A stretch of 64,000 nucleotides of DNA from NCBI RefSeq assembly GCF_009914755.1, contig NC_060934.1. One strand, 5' to 3'. The position numbers and the translations under genes were made by a program. This document shows positions 14,400-30,577 of this stretch, piece after piece. Source of the DNA: the human T2T-CHM13v2.0 reference genome, Homo sapiens. Under the pieces are notes generated by a model, which made no database searches, was not told the DNA's origin, and worked only from the letters and a program-made list of their open reading frames with translations. Each line of letters begins with the position of its first letter. Within the stretch, counting starts at the first letter, position 1.

Positions 14400-15495
14400 C
14401 CGTGGATGTCTGTTAATGAACTTGAATGCAGCATGCCCAAAAATAAAGTCCTATCTTCCCCACATCAGGTAACAACAGCTTCATTCATCTAGTCACTCAG
14501 GCCAAAAGTCTTGGTGTCATCTTGATTGCTGTCTCCCCAACCCTGCGTTTGGACACCCAGACCCAGAGAACAGTAAGATCTGTACTCAGAGGTTTCCTGG
14601 CTCCAGCCATTGCTCTCGACCTCACAGCTACCCATTGGGCCAAGCCACCTCCAGCTCTCACCTGACTTGCTGCAGTGGTCTCCCAAGAGGTCTCTCCACT
14701 CAGTCCCTGCCACCTTCAGCCTGTTCTCAGTGGAGGGGGCCAGAGTGACCCTGTTAAAACATGAGACCTTTCACGTCCAACCTCAGCTCAGACTTCCCCA
14801 TGGTTCCTATCACACTCAGGGTCAAAGTGAGAGTCCCTAAGATGACACACAAGTAGGGAGAATGCCCTTCTCGGCTGGACTGGGACAGCTCCAGGGTATC
14901 CCTATTGTCCTTGTACAATACTTGCAATGACCAATGGCTCCCCTGTCCACTTTCTGAAGTATCCTGGTGTGGAGAATAAATGATTTGATTCCCCTCGCCA
15001 CAAGCCCTGGACAGGTCAACCGTCTGCCCCTCTGACATCATTTCAATCACCCTCCCCTTCCTTCCTTCACTGCAGGCACACTGGCCTCCCCAGCTCTCCT
15101 CAGTACTGCCAGGCATGCTCCTGCCTTGGGCAGAGTGTATATGTGTGAGTGCACCTGCCCTTCCCACAGCCTAGAACGTTCCTCCTCCAGACAGCACACA
15201 TGGCCTGCTCTCTCACTTCCTTAAGGTCTTTATTCAAAAGTGACTTTCTCAGTGAAGCCCTGTCTGCTCACCCTGCGTAAAATTTCAGCTCTTCTTTCTA
15301 TCTCTCTTCCCAGATTTTTTTTTCTCCTTCATGTTCGTTGGTGTCTAAGGTTTATCATCTATTTCGCTAATGGTCAGTAGAATGTAACCTCCACGTAAGC
15401 AAGGAGTTTTGTCTGTTTTGTTCATGTCTATGTCCTTAGTGCCTGGAGCATTCCCTAGTATGCAGTAGGTGCTCAATAAATGTCAGTTGGATTAA
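14400..15495 (+). mobile_element. L2 LINE 3' fragment
   Basis: L2-like pyrimidine-rich body ending gtaggtgctcaataaatgtcagttg. A further L2 3' end lies at ~13990-14190. Confidence 0.7.
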
Positions 15496-18077
15496 TGGCT
15501 GAAAGAAAGGTCACCGCTGTAAGGATGGAGTCAGAGAACAAACACAGTTAATTCCTGGTCCACTGTTTTTGCTTCCACTAAATTGTATTTGGTCTACGGC
15601 TTCTCCGCTTGCCCTGGAACCCTGCTCAGAACACTGCTCCCTTCTCCTTCTTCTTCTCCCTCCGGATAAATTCTGCCATTCTTTTCAGCATCATTCACAT
15701 CTCACCTATTATAAGAACTTGTTCTTCCGCAGCCTATTGCTCCGTCTCCACCATCCAGGAGTACCTTATTGATAGCACTGAGCACAGAGGAACCCCACAG
15801 AATTCTGGCTGGGCTGTAGCCACCATGCCCACCCAAGCCAAGTCATCCGAAGCCTAGGATCAGGAAGAAAGGCATCAGCATCACTGACTCTCAGCGCCCG
15901 TCATGGTGCTCACGCACAAAGTGATGGTGGAAGTGAACTGAAATTGACATGATAATCAATCGTCTCCCGAGGCCATGAAGAAAATAAACAGCATCCCTAG
16001 GAGTATGTGAAGAACTATTTATTAGAGAGAATACCATCATCGCCACAGCATTCCCTTTCCACATCTCATTGCCAGTTTTCATTCTGTCAACACCTCAGTG
16101 AATTTATGAAGAAAGATTAGAAATAGCTTTTTCCTCTAGATCCTTGTAAATGGAGCTTCATTTTTGCCTGTTTTTTTACAGGTATCCTTAAATGTGTCTG
16201 TCTTCCTGCACTGTAAGTGAAATGCAGAACATTTTAGATGAGCCCCTTTGTTAGGTTACAGACTCTTTCCTGACTTGGGAAAAGTGCCTAATGAGAAGGT
16301 TTCCCCCAACTCTGTCTCCTTGAAGATTACCAGAAGGAGAGGACATAGGAAGAAATAGAAGGGGCACAAGGGGCCTTTTCTTCTCATTTATTACCCTCCT
16401 CTGTCATTCAGAAAGCAACGTCAGTATAGCATGGGAACAGCAAGGCTGAAAAATAGCCCAGATGCAATGGGGTTCAGTTGGGATAATGTTGAAAGTATTC
16501 AGGGTCCAACCTGGGTAAGAGGCAGGAGAAATGACCAGAGACTGTTCAGACAGTATCGAAGGTGGAGAAAGCAAGGCCAGGCTACAGATAAAGAAATAGT
16601 TTGTATGAATAAGAGAAATGAAGACAACAAAAAATCGCCATACTTAGAGGGGGTCTTGGAGTTTCAGATCTAGACAGTAACACCATTCTGAGTTAGAACT
16701 CAAGGTCAGAGGATGGCTGTAAAGATTTTGAGGCTGTATAGTGCCAAATTTCTGTAGGGGTTGTAAGTATGGATGTTGAAGCTACAAAGGATGGCAGCTG
16801 GGGTATGGTGGATGGGAGCACCAGGGATGGGAGGGGATTTCCTGGGTAGTGGTAGGGAACTTAGGGATGAGATAGTCAAGAATTCCAAAGCAGGGGAGAT
16901 ACTGAGACATTAGACGAAACAAAATATTGAAGTGCTTTTTAGGGGAGACAGAACGTAGCCAGTCTTCTTGCTCATGCCATAAGCACAGGGCCCGGGGAGA
17001 AGAAATGGCAGCCCTGACTGCCCACTACACCAGTGTCTCCCAAATAGATCTAAATGTGTCAATGAGAAGTTAAATGTATTGGGAGTTTGGGGAACAATGT
17101 CTTTAGTTACACAGCTTTTCCACCAATAGGTTAACTTCTGGCAGAAATAGAAAGGTCATTGCTTAGAGTCACATTTGAAGCTTTACCACAAATTCAGACA
17201 ATTTAAATTCCTTTGTTTTGTTGAACTCGTCTGAAAACAGTCTTTAATTACTTTGGGTTTTTTTTTCCTCATACCAGAGTCAGGGCATGAACAAACAAGG
17301 GCATAGCCTCGCTTTAAACCTGTTCACTATTGCATCCTGGAAAAATGCCTTCGGCACTGCCAAGATCAAAGAGTTTTAGTTCAGGTAGATTGCTCCTAGA
17401 AAAAAGGAAATTGACATTGTCAAAGAAAGGCATGCCTGGGAAAGGGGATGCAGTGCCTCTGCTGTGTCCACGGCAGCTAGCATGTTACCTAGCACGTATT
17501 AAGGGCTCAAAAATATTTGTTGATTGACTCTTTGGCCATGTAACACTTTCTGGGGTGGGGAGAGAGATGACAGGGAATGAGCAGGAATACAAAGAAAAAA
17601 ATTGCAAAATTTAGAACTAGAAGCAAATGGCGGAACCACCTAGTAGGGACTCTCAGAAGGCCAGAATACTGCAGTTGTTACTGACTACAGTGGGTTGAGG
17701 CTGCAGTGAGCTATGATCATTCGTGCTGTACTCCAGCCTGGGAACAGAGTGAGACCTTGTCTCAAAAAAAAAAAAAGTTCTATAAATGGAGTCACTGGCT
17801 AAAAATCATCCCCTAACTGGTTAGGAAGGTTAATGCTTCAGATTAGGGACTAATCACATCAGCTCGGCTAGCTGGTTTCAGCCATCTTCTGTAATATGTC
17901 TTCTGGAAACTTAAGAACAAATCCTTTGGGATTCTTAATAGGGGAATCGCCAGCTTCATATGCTACTGACTTGTTTCTTAATAGCCATTCATTTACTTAG
18001 ATATATAATAAGGACTTAATTCAGGCTTAGTGACACTTTGGTCAGTACAAAGTCTCTAGTCAAAAAAAAAAAAATCA

Positions 18078-18413
<336 letters not shown>

Positions 18414-19742
18414 CTATAAATGGAGTCATTGGCTAAAAATCATCCCCTAAACACAGATTCTTTTTTTTCCTTTTCTGTGTTCCAAAGGCAGAACAGACCA
18501 CCAGCGGTATGAATTTTGCTTCGTCTTCACAGACAGACATGGAGCTTGCAGGAAAGTTGTTTAGAGTAATCGGACTTTTAACACTGGAAACAGCACTTCC
18601 CTGAATTTGACTTGAGTTTTTTTATTAATATTATGTTTGGATCATGAGAAGACTCATTCAGACAGGCTGACTTAAGACATTAAATGACTAGTTAACCATA
18701 TACACTAATCACATAAATATGGTTTGTGGAATGATATAAAATGGTTTACGAAATCATTTTTAAGCCATCTTTTCAACAGTAATTGTATCAGTCCTGTCAT
18801 ATTTTAAACCAAGCGATATTGGCAAGAATGAGCCTAAATGTCTTTAATATTCTGATGATGAGCATGAAAAATTGCCACTGCAATAAAATGACAGGGTTGT
18901 GTTCATTTCTCTTCTTCCATGGCACTTTGCTTTCTTCCCTTTCAACTTTAAAACACACTTCCTAACATTTCATCATGGGAGAAGGCTGCATAAGTTTCCA
19001 GTTGCTGTAATTTACTTAAACCATAAAATTGTTTCCAGATTACCAACCATAAAATGGAAAGACAATCTTATTTATTAATGTATAAATCAGATAATGTCCC
19101 CAATATGAATCCTGAAACCAGACACACTTTGACGATTAAATAGGAGGGAAAATGTTTTCTCATTACCATATGTCAAAAGAATGGTATTTTTGTGAAGTGG
19201 CTTTGGTCAAGAGAGTAGAGCATACACTTGTATTCGGTGCTCTGTGTGCTCCCACCCAGGAGAGAATGGCTTCCCCTCTACTGTCAAGCATCTGAACTCT
19301 CCAGGGGGGATGTCAGATGAGAAGCCACCTGACTCAGTATCTCTGATGCAGCGTGTCTCTTTCCTGGTGGCCTTGCAGGTGACATGCCCTGAACGAGGCC
19401 ATCCAGGGAGCCTTCACTCCCTTCCTCACAGATACAAAAAGGCAAGCCAAGCATGTGGGTACCTGGAGTGCATATAGCCCTTTTGTTCTAAAAGCACCCA
19501 GACTCTTATCCCAGACCGTTCTGCAACTCTGTCAATGTCAGCCTTAAAGAAGAATAGGATGTTGTTTGGGAGTTGTCTCTCTCTGCACCCTAAAACTATT
19601 ACCTGGTGGGAGCTCAGGGTAGAAGCTGAGTACTCACTGAGCCAAGGAACATGCCGAAGGTGTGTCTGCAGCTCCCCAGACTTCCATGTGTAGATGACGT
19701 GGTCTGTGTTGTGACATTCTATAGTTCTAACCTCGAGGATGA

Positions 19743-22484
<2,742 letters not shown>

Positions 22485-23023
22485 GGTTTCAGTCATATTT
22501 CTCCATGGTCTAAAGAAGAGACATGTTTGTGTTGCCCCTAAGCTGTGACACAAGTGTTACTACCCACACAGCAAACAGCTCCATCATTTACACCAAAACC
22601 ACTCCGCAGCCTCCCAGCTGAGGTGTACGGCATAGAAATGTGTGCAGCTAGGTGAGATCTGGCCTGGGACACTGCGAATGCTAGGGAACAGCCCTTTTGT
22701 GCAAGGTGAAAGAAAGAAAGCAGGGCAGAAAGACTCAAAAACATAGGATGTGCAAACAGGAGTGTTTCCGAGGGAGATGTCTTTGAGTTGGTCCGTGCTG
22801 TGTCTTTTTTTAGCCAGTCAGGTCACTGGCTTGATACTGAACACTGATCACGAATCTTGACCTGAGCTAAGGATGTGCGGCTCTTCATGTTCCTGAGCCA
22901 GGTTGGGTGAACTTCCACGGCCTTCTAGGTGGTACCTTTTATAACCCTCAGGTGGTGCATTCACCCGGACAAACTGGTTTGAAAGTCCATAAAGCTTTAA
23001 CAAACAATTCTCTTGTTTTACAG

Positions 23024-23128
23024 AGAGAGGATGCAAGCCATGGAGAAACAGATTGCCAGTTTAACTGGCCTTGTTCAGTCTGCGCTTTTTAAAGGGCCCA
23101 TTACAAGTTATAGCAAAGATGCGTCTAG
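23024..23128 (+). CDS. KIAA1217: KIAA1217 coding exon (~exon 7, 105 nt; ERMQAMEKQIASLTGLVQSALFKGPITSYSKDAS), symmetric phase 2-2
   Basis: tcttgttttacag|AGAG...TCTAG|gtaaaa. In frame with the previous exon; short coiled-coil motif shared with SRCIN1. Confidence 0.95.
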
Positions 23129-23670
23129 GTAAAAAAGAAGAAAGCCAATGAAAAAAATAATTCAATCTGTTTCTCTTTTAATCATTAAGATAATTCATTC
23201 ATTCAAATCTGTTTTCTTGTAATCATTTCAAGGCTGAAAATATTCACATCTCTATGGATCATGGGCGTTATTTTTTTGTTTTGGGGGGTTTGGTTGCTTT
23301 TTTTCTTTCCTCCTTCTGGTAATTCTTGGTCGAAAGTAACACTTTGGCCCAAGAAGGTAAATGGGCTTCCCAGTGCATGTGGCTTCATGGACCACTCACC
23401 GTGCAGTGCCTGCAACCACCACCCTTGCGTGTCCACGTCGCCATCATCTGAAAGTCACAAGTGAGCCTGGCTGCATTCCACCCCCAGTGTCAGGTGCACA
23501 CCTGGGAAGCCTTTTCCATCCTGGCCAATTGTGATGCTGATGCTAAAATACCTTCATTGCTTAATCCCATCACTGCCAATTGCTTCAAATAGTGGATGGA
23601 ATGGGCTTTAAAAAAAAAAAAAAAGGCATTTTGGAAACTGCATAGCTGACTCTCTTTTTCTTTTATTCAG

Positions 23671-23720
23671 CGAGAAAATGATGAAAACCACAGCCAACAG
23701 GAACCACACAGATAGTGCAG
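23671..23720 (+). CDS. KIAA1217: KIAA1217 coding exon (~exon 8, 50 nt; EKMMKTTANRNHTDSA)
   Basis: ttttattcag|CGAG...GCAG|gtaagt. Phase 2 to 1, keeps the frame. Confidence 0.93.
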
Positions 23721-26047
23721 GTAAGTAAGTGTTTTTGGAGCTGTAGGAGGCCTGTGGGCTGCCTGGGATGAGCCCTGGCTGGTCTCAGAAATGTTTAACA
23801 TTTCCCTAAGTCACGTATTTGGTATGATGTCAGGGGATTCCTAGATATTCCTGCCAATACTGAAATTCCAGATTTATTCATTAATTCGGGGGCAAAGCAC
23901 TGTATTCTCCCTTCGGTTTTCATTCATTCGCTCATTCATTTGTTCATTGATATGGCCACACGGTGGTCATCTTGCAGACACGGGGCTGCCTGCCTAGAAC
24001 TTAGAATTCAGTGGGGAAGATGGAAATGGGACAAGTAATTTTATGTGTGTCAAGTGTTTAAAAGTGCAGGATAAATGTTTCACCAATAGGACTAGCCTAT
24101 ACCAAGGGCAGTCCCCAGACAAAGTGACATAAACTAAGCCCAGAAAGATGAAGAGGACTTAGGGGGAAGAAGGGTTGTCCAGTCAAGGGAATTTAAAATT
24201 GTTCTAAGTGCAAAGTGAAGCCATCGGAAGGTTGTACACTGGGGAAGGACATCAGCCCAGCTGCAATATGGGGATGGATGAGAAGGGACAGTAGCCAATA
24301 AGGAATGACCAGTGTCCAGATGGGAGAAAAAGGAGTACTTGGACTAGGGCCTACTTTTTATTTTATCTTTTTAATCTCATGACAGATGACAAGGCCTGCT
24401 TTTTAAATGCCAGCATTCCCCAGAAAGACAGCCCAGTTCTGTTAGTAGTGGCGTTCACTAGTATCCAGGTCTTTGCAATGAATGTCTCATCCAGCAGTCT
24501 CAAGCCAGGCCTCTGCAAGAAGATGAGGTCTTCCCTCTCATCGGGTTAGAAATAGAAATCCTTAGCAGGAACACATTCAGATACTAAATTACACAGAAAG
24601 CATATGGCAAGTTGGGTGAAACCCCAAATTTAGGGAAGCCACGTGTACTAGTTTTGTGCAGCACGGTAGAGTAGACAGAATTGGGGACTTCAGTTTAGGG
24701 CTCTGTTGGTCGTGGTTCTTCTCTGGCTGAGCACAATTTAGCTACAAAGCCAACAGGGCCACTCTGCCATCATTCCTGATCCTGACGGGATTTGTTGTTT
24801 TGCTTAGAAATCAATCAGTGGCCTTGGCCGAAGCCAGAGAATTATTTCACGGAAATTGCTAAACTTGTCTTCAGAGCAATTGCCAGTTTGTTTCGGAGAT
24901 ACTTAATTCATTCATTTTTTAAAATGGATTGTAAACTTAGGGAGAAGAAAGGAAACTACTAAATACTAAAAGCTCCCATCCTTCTATAATCCATTCTAGA
25001 AATGATTCATATCTGAAAGCACTGCTCTAAGCAATATGTACGTGCTGTTTTGTATTCTCCTTTTATTTCTTTTTGCTTTATAGAGAAGAAGAAGAAGAAT
25101 AAATATGTAGTGAGTGCTTCCTATGCACTTTTCATGCATTCACTCATGAACTCCTTACCGCAGCATCTAGGGAGAGGTACAGTTTTTATTCTCATGTTCC
25201 AGAGAAGAAAACTGAATGCACATCCACACACGTGACACACATCATCATAGTCCAAATGCCTCCCATTTGAACTCCTTTTATGTTAAGATGCCTCAGTCCC
25301 TTTAAAGATATATAGGTTGTTTCATTTCTTTGTTCTAAAAACTCTTGTCAATTTCTTTTCAAATGTGGGGAAAGGAGCCAGTGTCATTTCCTCAGATATA
25401 TTTCCCAAAGTGGAATCGGTGGGTCCAAAGGGACAGTTCAGTGCCACTGGTGACATGCTGTTAGTTTTCTCTTCTGAATGGCTGAGCTGATTTGCAACGC
25501 CACTGGCAATGAGCACGTGGACTCACTCCCCACGTCTCTGCTAGGTTTGGACTTTCTCACTCTAACGTATCAGGGCGAGATATCGTCCACAGGGGCTTCG
25601 TTGCCATAGCAGCCTTGTATAGTGCACAAAATATAATAATTCTTCCAGAATGCTAGGAAGTCAGCTACAAGACAAGTATTATCCCTGTTCTGTAGACAAG
25701 TAAACGGAATTATATAGAAGTCAAGGAACTCATCTGGCCAAGAGTAAAGGAAAACCCAGACTTCCTGGCTACTTATGGAATGTGTAGTTTACTGTGGAAA
25801 GAGAACAGATGGAACCTCCCATCTCAAAGGTTTTTATACTGAGCATTAGATCATTTAACACACAAAACCCTATAAGGAAGATGTCATTACCCATATTTTA
25901 CATGAAAAGAAACAGAAGCTCAGGGAGGTTAGGTTAGTTTTCCAAAGCGACACAGCTATTAAGAGTGACAGCCAGGCTGGGCATGGTGGCTCATGCCTGT
26001 AATCTCAGGACCTTGGAAGGCTGAAGTGGGAGGACTGCTTGAGGCTA

Positions 26048-26517
<470 letters not shown>

Positions 26518-28095
26518 TACAATTAGGCCCACAGAGACAGAAAGAGCTTTGTGGAAGACGAGTGGAAATAATGAATTTGACTTGTTTATGGAAAAGTTCA
26601 GTAGTGGCGTGAAGGCGTTAGTATGTGGATCTGAAGATGATTGTGTGCTGCTGACGAGGGTGCGGGAGACCTTGGTGGGTGGTGGTAGCAGAAGTGGCCT
26701 CCCTAGAAAGTATGTCCAGCAAGAAGAGAAGTGGACCCAGGGACACAACATATCAGGATTTAAAAGGTTGGCAGAGGAAGGAGTTAGAAAAGAGATTGAC
26801 CAAGACGGAGCAGCAGAAAGGGAAGAAGATCATGGAAAGTTTCAAAGTGACTAAAAGGAAAAGAAGTGGCTGACAAAGCTTAGTGTCACATTGAAGCAAA
26901 GGAGAGAGTCCACAGGGGTGACAACTAGAAGATCGCTGAAATGAACATAAAGAGCCATTTCAGAGAATGAAGGAGCTATGACATGTACCAAATATAGGAG
27001 ATTAAGAGGTTATAGATGAAGATTTTTTTAAGTGAGTATAGATTCCATTAAGAAATTTGGTTGTGGCTTGGCATGGTGACCCACGCCTATAATCCCAGCA
27101 CTTTGGCCGAGGCAGGAGGATCGCTTGAGGCCAGGAGTTCAAGACCACCCTGGGCAACATGGCAAAACCCCGTCTCTACAAAAAATACAAAAATATTAGC
27201 CAGATGTGGTGGCACATACCCATAGTCCCAGCTTTGGAAGGCTGATGTGGGAGGATCACCTGAGACCAGGAAGGTTGAGGCTCGGGGAATTGCACCGCTG
27301 CACTCAAGCCTGAGTGACAGAGCGAAACCATGTTAAAACAAAAAAATTGCGCTGTGAAAGTTATCTTCTTAAACCAGTTATCAGCATTCAACTGTAACAA
27401 CTAGTACCTAGTCTTCAGCCTTTTCCTCCATGGAATAAAAGATCGAGGGGAGGGAGGTACCTTGGTGGCCTCAGAATGTGTAAGGAGAAAGAGGTATAGA
27501 AAGAATGTGTGATTTCCTTTGGCTGAGGAATTAGCAGAATGGTTCTTAGTAGCAAACAGAAGGTAGCACAGTGTCATCTTTGTTGGAGAAATACCTTGTT
27601 ATCAGAAATGATATGGCATGTTGTGAGTGTGTGTGCGCCTATCCCTCAAAGAGTGCCTATCCCTCTCTGTCTGGGGAATGATGATAAAGTAATTTGACTG
27701 ATTCTGTAAGGAAAACTTCCAATGGATTGTGGTCAGAATCACTGACATTGGAAGGCACTGTTAACTCTAACATGCAGCTGTCATTGGAAATGTTATCAGA
27801 TATGTTTTACTTGGTACTTTCATAGTTGGAGAATATCCTTTTGAACAACAGCAGAGATGACAAATCTTGCTCTTTCGAGGATGATTTTGATTTGAGGGGT
27901 GGAGGAACCACCAGAAATTGGTCAGAGCCATGACTGGTGATGTGAGTGACCATTTAGGCTTAGAAACATAACGTGGCTGGGCGCGGTGGCCCACGCCTGT
28001 AATCCCAGCACTTTGGGAGGCCGAGGCAGGTGGATCACCTGAGGTCAGGAGTCCGAGACTAGCCTGGATAACATGGTGAAACCTCGTCTCTACTA

Positions 28096-28293
<198 letters not shown>

Positions 28294-28703
28294 CTATCGG
28301 GTCTCCTGGAGCTCCATTGTCAGTTCTTTAAAATGCCTTCTGGCCTGCTCCCCTGCTGCCTCCCCAAGAGGGCCATTAGAGGGGCTGGGAGACTGGCCCT
28401 ATTTGGATGGTCACTCATGGATGAAGACCATGGGGCGCCAGCAGCATCAGCATCGCCAAGGCCAAGCAAGAAAGAGGATAGTTTCAGGGAGCTCCCTGGC
28501 TCATGAGCCACTTTGAGCTCCACTGGGGCCTGGCTGAGTTGTGTGTGCTGGAGCGGGAAAGGTTCCCGAAATGACTGAGCCAGGATGGAAAGACAGGGTA
28601 CCACCACACTATAGCCACTCCAGGGTCTGCAAGTGGCCAGCAGTGCTCTGTCCTGCAAGGCCAGCCTGGCCTGTGACAAAGCTTTACAGGAAAGAGAACT
28701 GAA

Positions 28704-28706
28704 CAG

Positions 28707-28745
<39 letters not shown>

Positions 28746-28916
28746 TTTATTAGTAACATGGATCCAGCCTCTACTCCAGAAGAGTGTGTGTGCGTGTGTG
28801 TGTGTGTCTTTATTAGTAACATGGATCCAGCCTTTACTCCAGAACAGTGTGTGCATGCGTGTGTGTGTGTGCGTGTCTTTATTAGTAATATGGATCCAGC
28901 CTCTACTCCAGAAGAG

Positions 28917-28947
<31 letters not shown>

Positions 28948-28982
28948 CTTTATTAGTAACATGGATCCAGCCTCTACTCCAG
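28704..28982. repeat. Compound minisatellite: 4 x [(TG)n + tctttattagtaacatggatccagcctctactccag(aaga)]
   Basis: Four near-identical ~40-bp cores separated by variable (TG)n tracts. Confidence 0.95.
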
Positions 28983-29904
28983 GTACCTGTATCAATAGAA
29001 TTGCATTGTCCTTTTTAGAGTCCCCTCCTGAAGAATTTTTGCATCTTGCCTTATTTTCTTACTAAAGGAGTTGTGTGCAGATGCCCTCTTTCTTTTCATT
29101 TTGGAAATCTGAAGGGATTCAGGACAGTACCCAGTTCTTACTAATCTCCCCTTGGCGATTGGCTGAATCTCTGCCCAGAAATAAGTTGCATGTCCTTAGG
29201 TTACATTTGCTGTGCAGAAAATAGGCACATAAGCACTCTATATTAGGTCTCAGAATTTTAAAATTAGTTTTCTCTATTATAAAATTGCAGATATTCAGTA
29301 TGCAGATTTTAGAAATACAAAAAATTGGCCAAGTGCGGTGGTTCACGCCTGTAATCCTAGCTCTTAGGGAGGCAGAGGCAGGAGGATAGCTTGAGCCCAG
29401 GTGTTCGAGACCTGCCTGGGCAATACGGTGAGACCCTGTTCTCAAAAATAAAAAATAGTAAACAAACAAACAAAAAACCTTATATTGGAAAAGCACAGCT
29501 GGAGATACCGTTAACACTTTGTTTTATACACTTCTAAGCTTTTCTCTATGCAAACCTGTGTGTTTAAAAAAGCTCTACTTCCAGGGGTTAAGAAAAGAAA
29601 AAAAAATTAAAATAAAAAAAAAATAAACAAAATTGATCAATTGATAGAACAATCAGTGGATAGATAGATAGGAGCATAGGCAGCTCTGTGGCCTGTCTTC
29701 CTATGGCACTTTCTTACTAAACTTCTAGAATGTGATCATTGCACACTGCATACCATAACACTGTGTGATTCATATATATGCATATTTTTTGTAATGAGAG
29801 AATTAGGCCTTTTTAGAATTACCAGTCATCTGCATTGGGATGGGATGCATAGCTTAGACTTTCCTTTGTGGCCTTCTGAGTTCTCTGATGCACTTTTCTC
29901 ATAG

Positions 29905-30071
29905 GAACGCCCCATGTGTCTGGTGGGAAGATGCTCAGTGCTCTGGAGTCCACGGTGCCTCCCAGCCAGCCTCCACCTGTGGGCACCTCAGCCATCCACA
30001 TGAGCCTGCTTGAGATGAGGCGGAGCGTGGCGGAACTCAGGCTCCAGCTCCAGCAGATGCGGCAGCTCCAG
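29905..30071 (+). CDS. KIAA1217: KIAA1217 coding exon (~exon 9, 167 nt; TPHVSGGKML...LRLQLQQMRQLQ)
   Basis: ttttctcatag|GAAC...CTCCAG|gtattc. Matches ORF 29916..30137; start of the coiled-coil region. Confidence 0.95.
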
Positions 30072-30248
30072 GTATTCCTCATGCACGGCGGCCTCTGTCT
30101 CGGTTGCCCTGAGCTCTTCCTACCTTCCTTTTCCTAGGGGCTCCGTGAAGACCTAGAGAATGTAGAACCATAGAAACAGCATGGCTTCCTCTCTCACACA
30201 CACAATCCAAGTCTAGAGCCTTCCACTGCAACTATAGTCAATCTATAA

Positions 30249-30577
<329 letters not shown>

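Noticed and set aside
28704-28982. Repeat-spacer-repeat layout resembling a CRISPR array
   Set aside because: The spacers are (TG)n microsatellite, there are no cas genes, and the context is a primate intron. It is a minisatellite.
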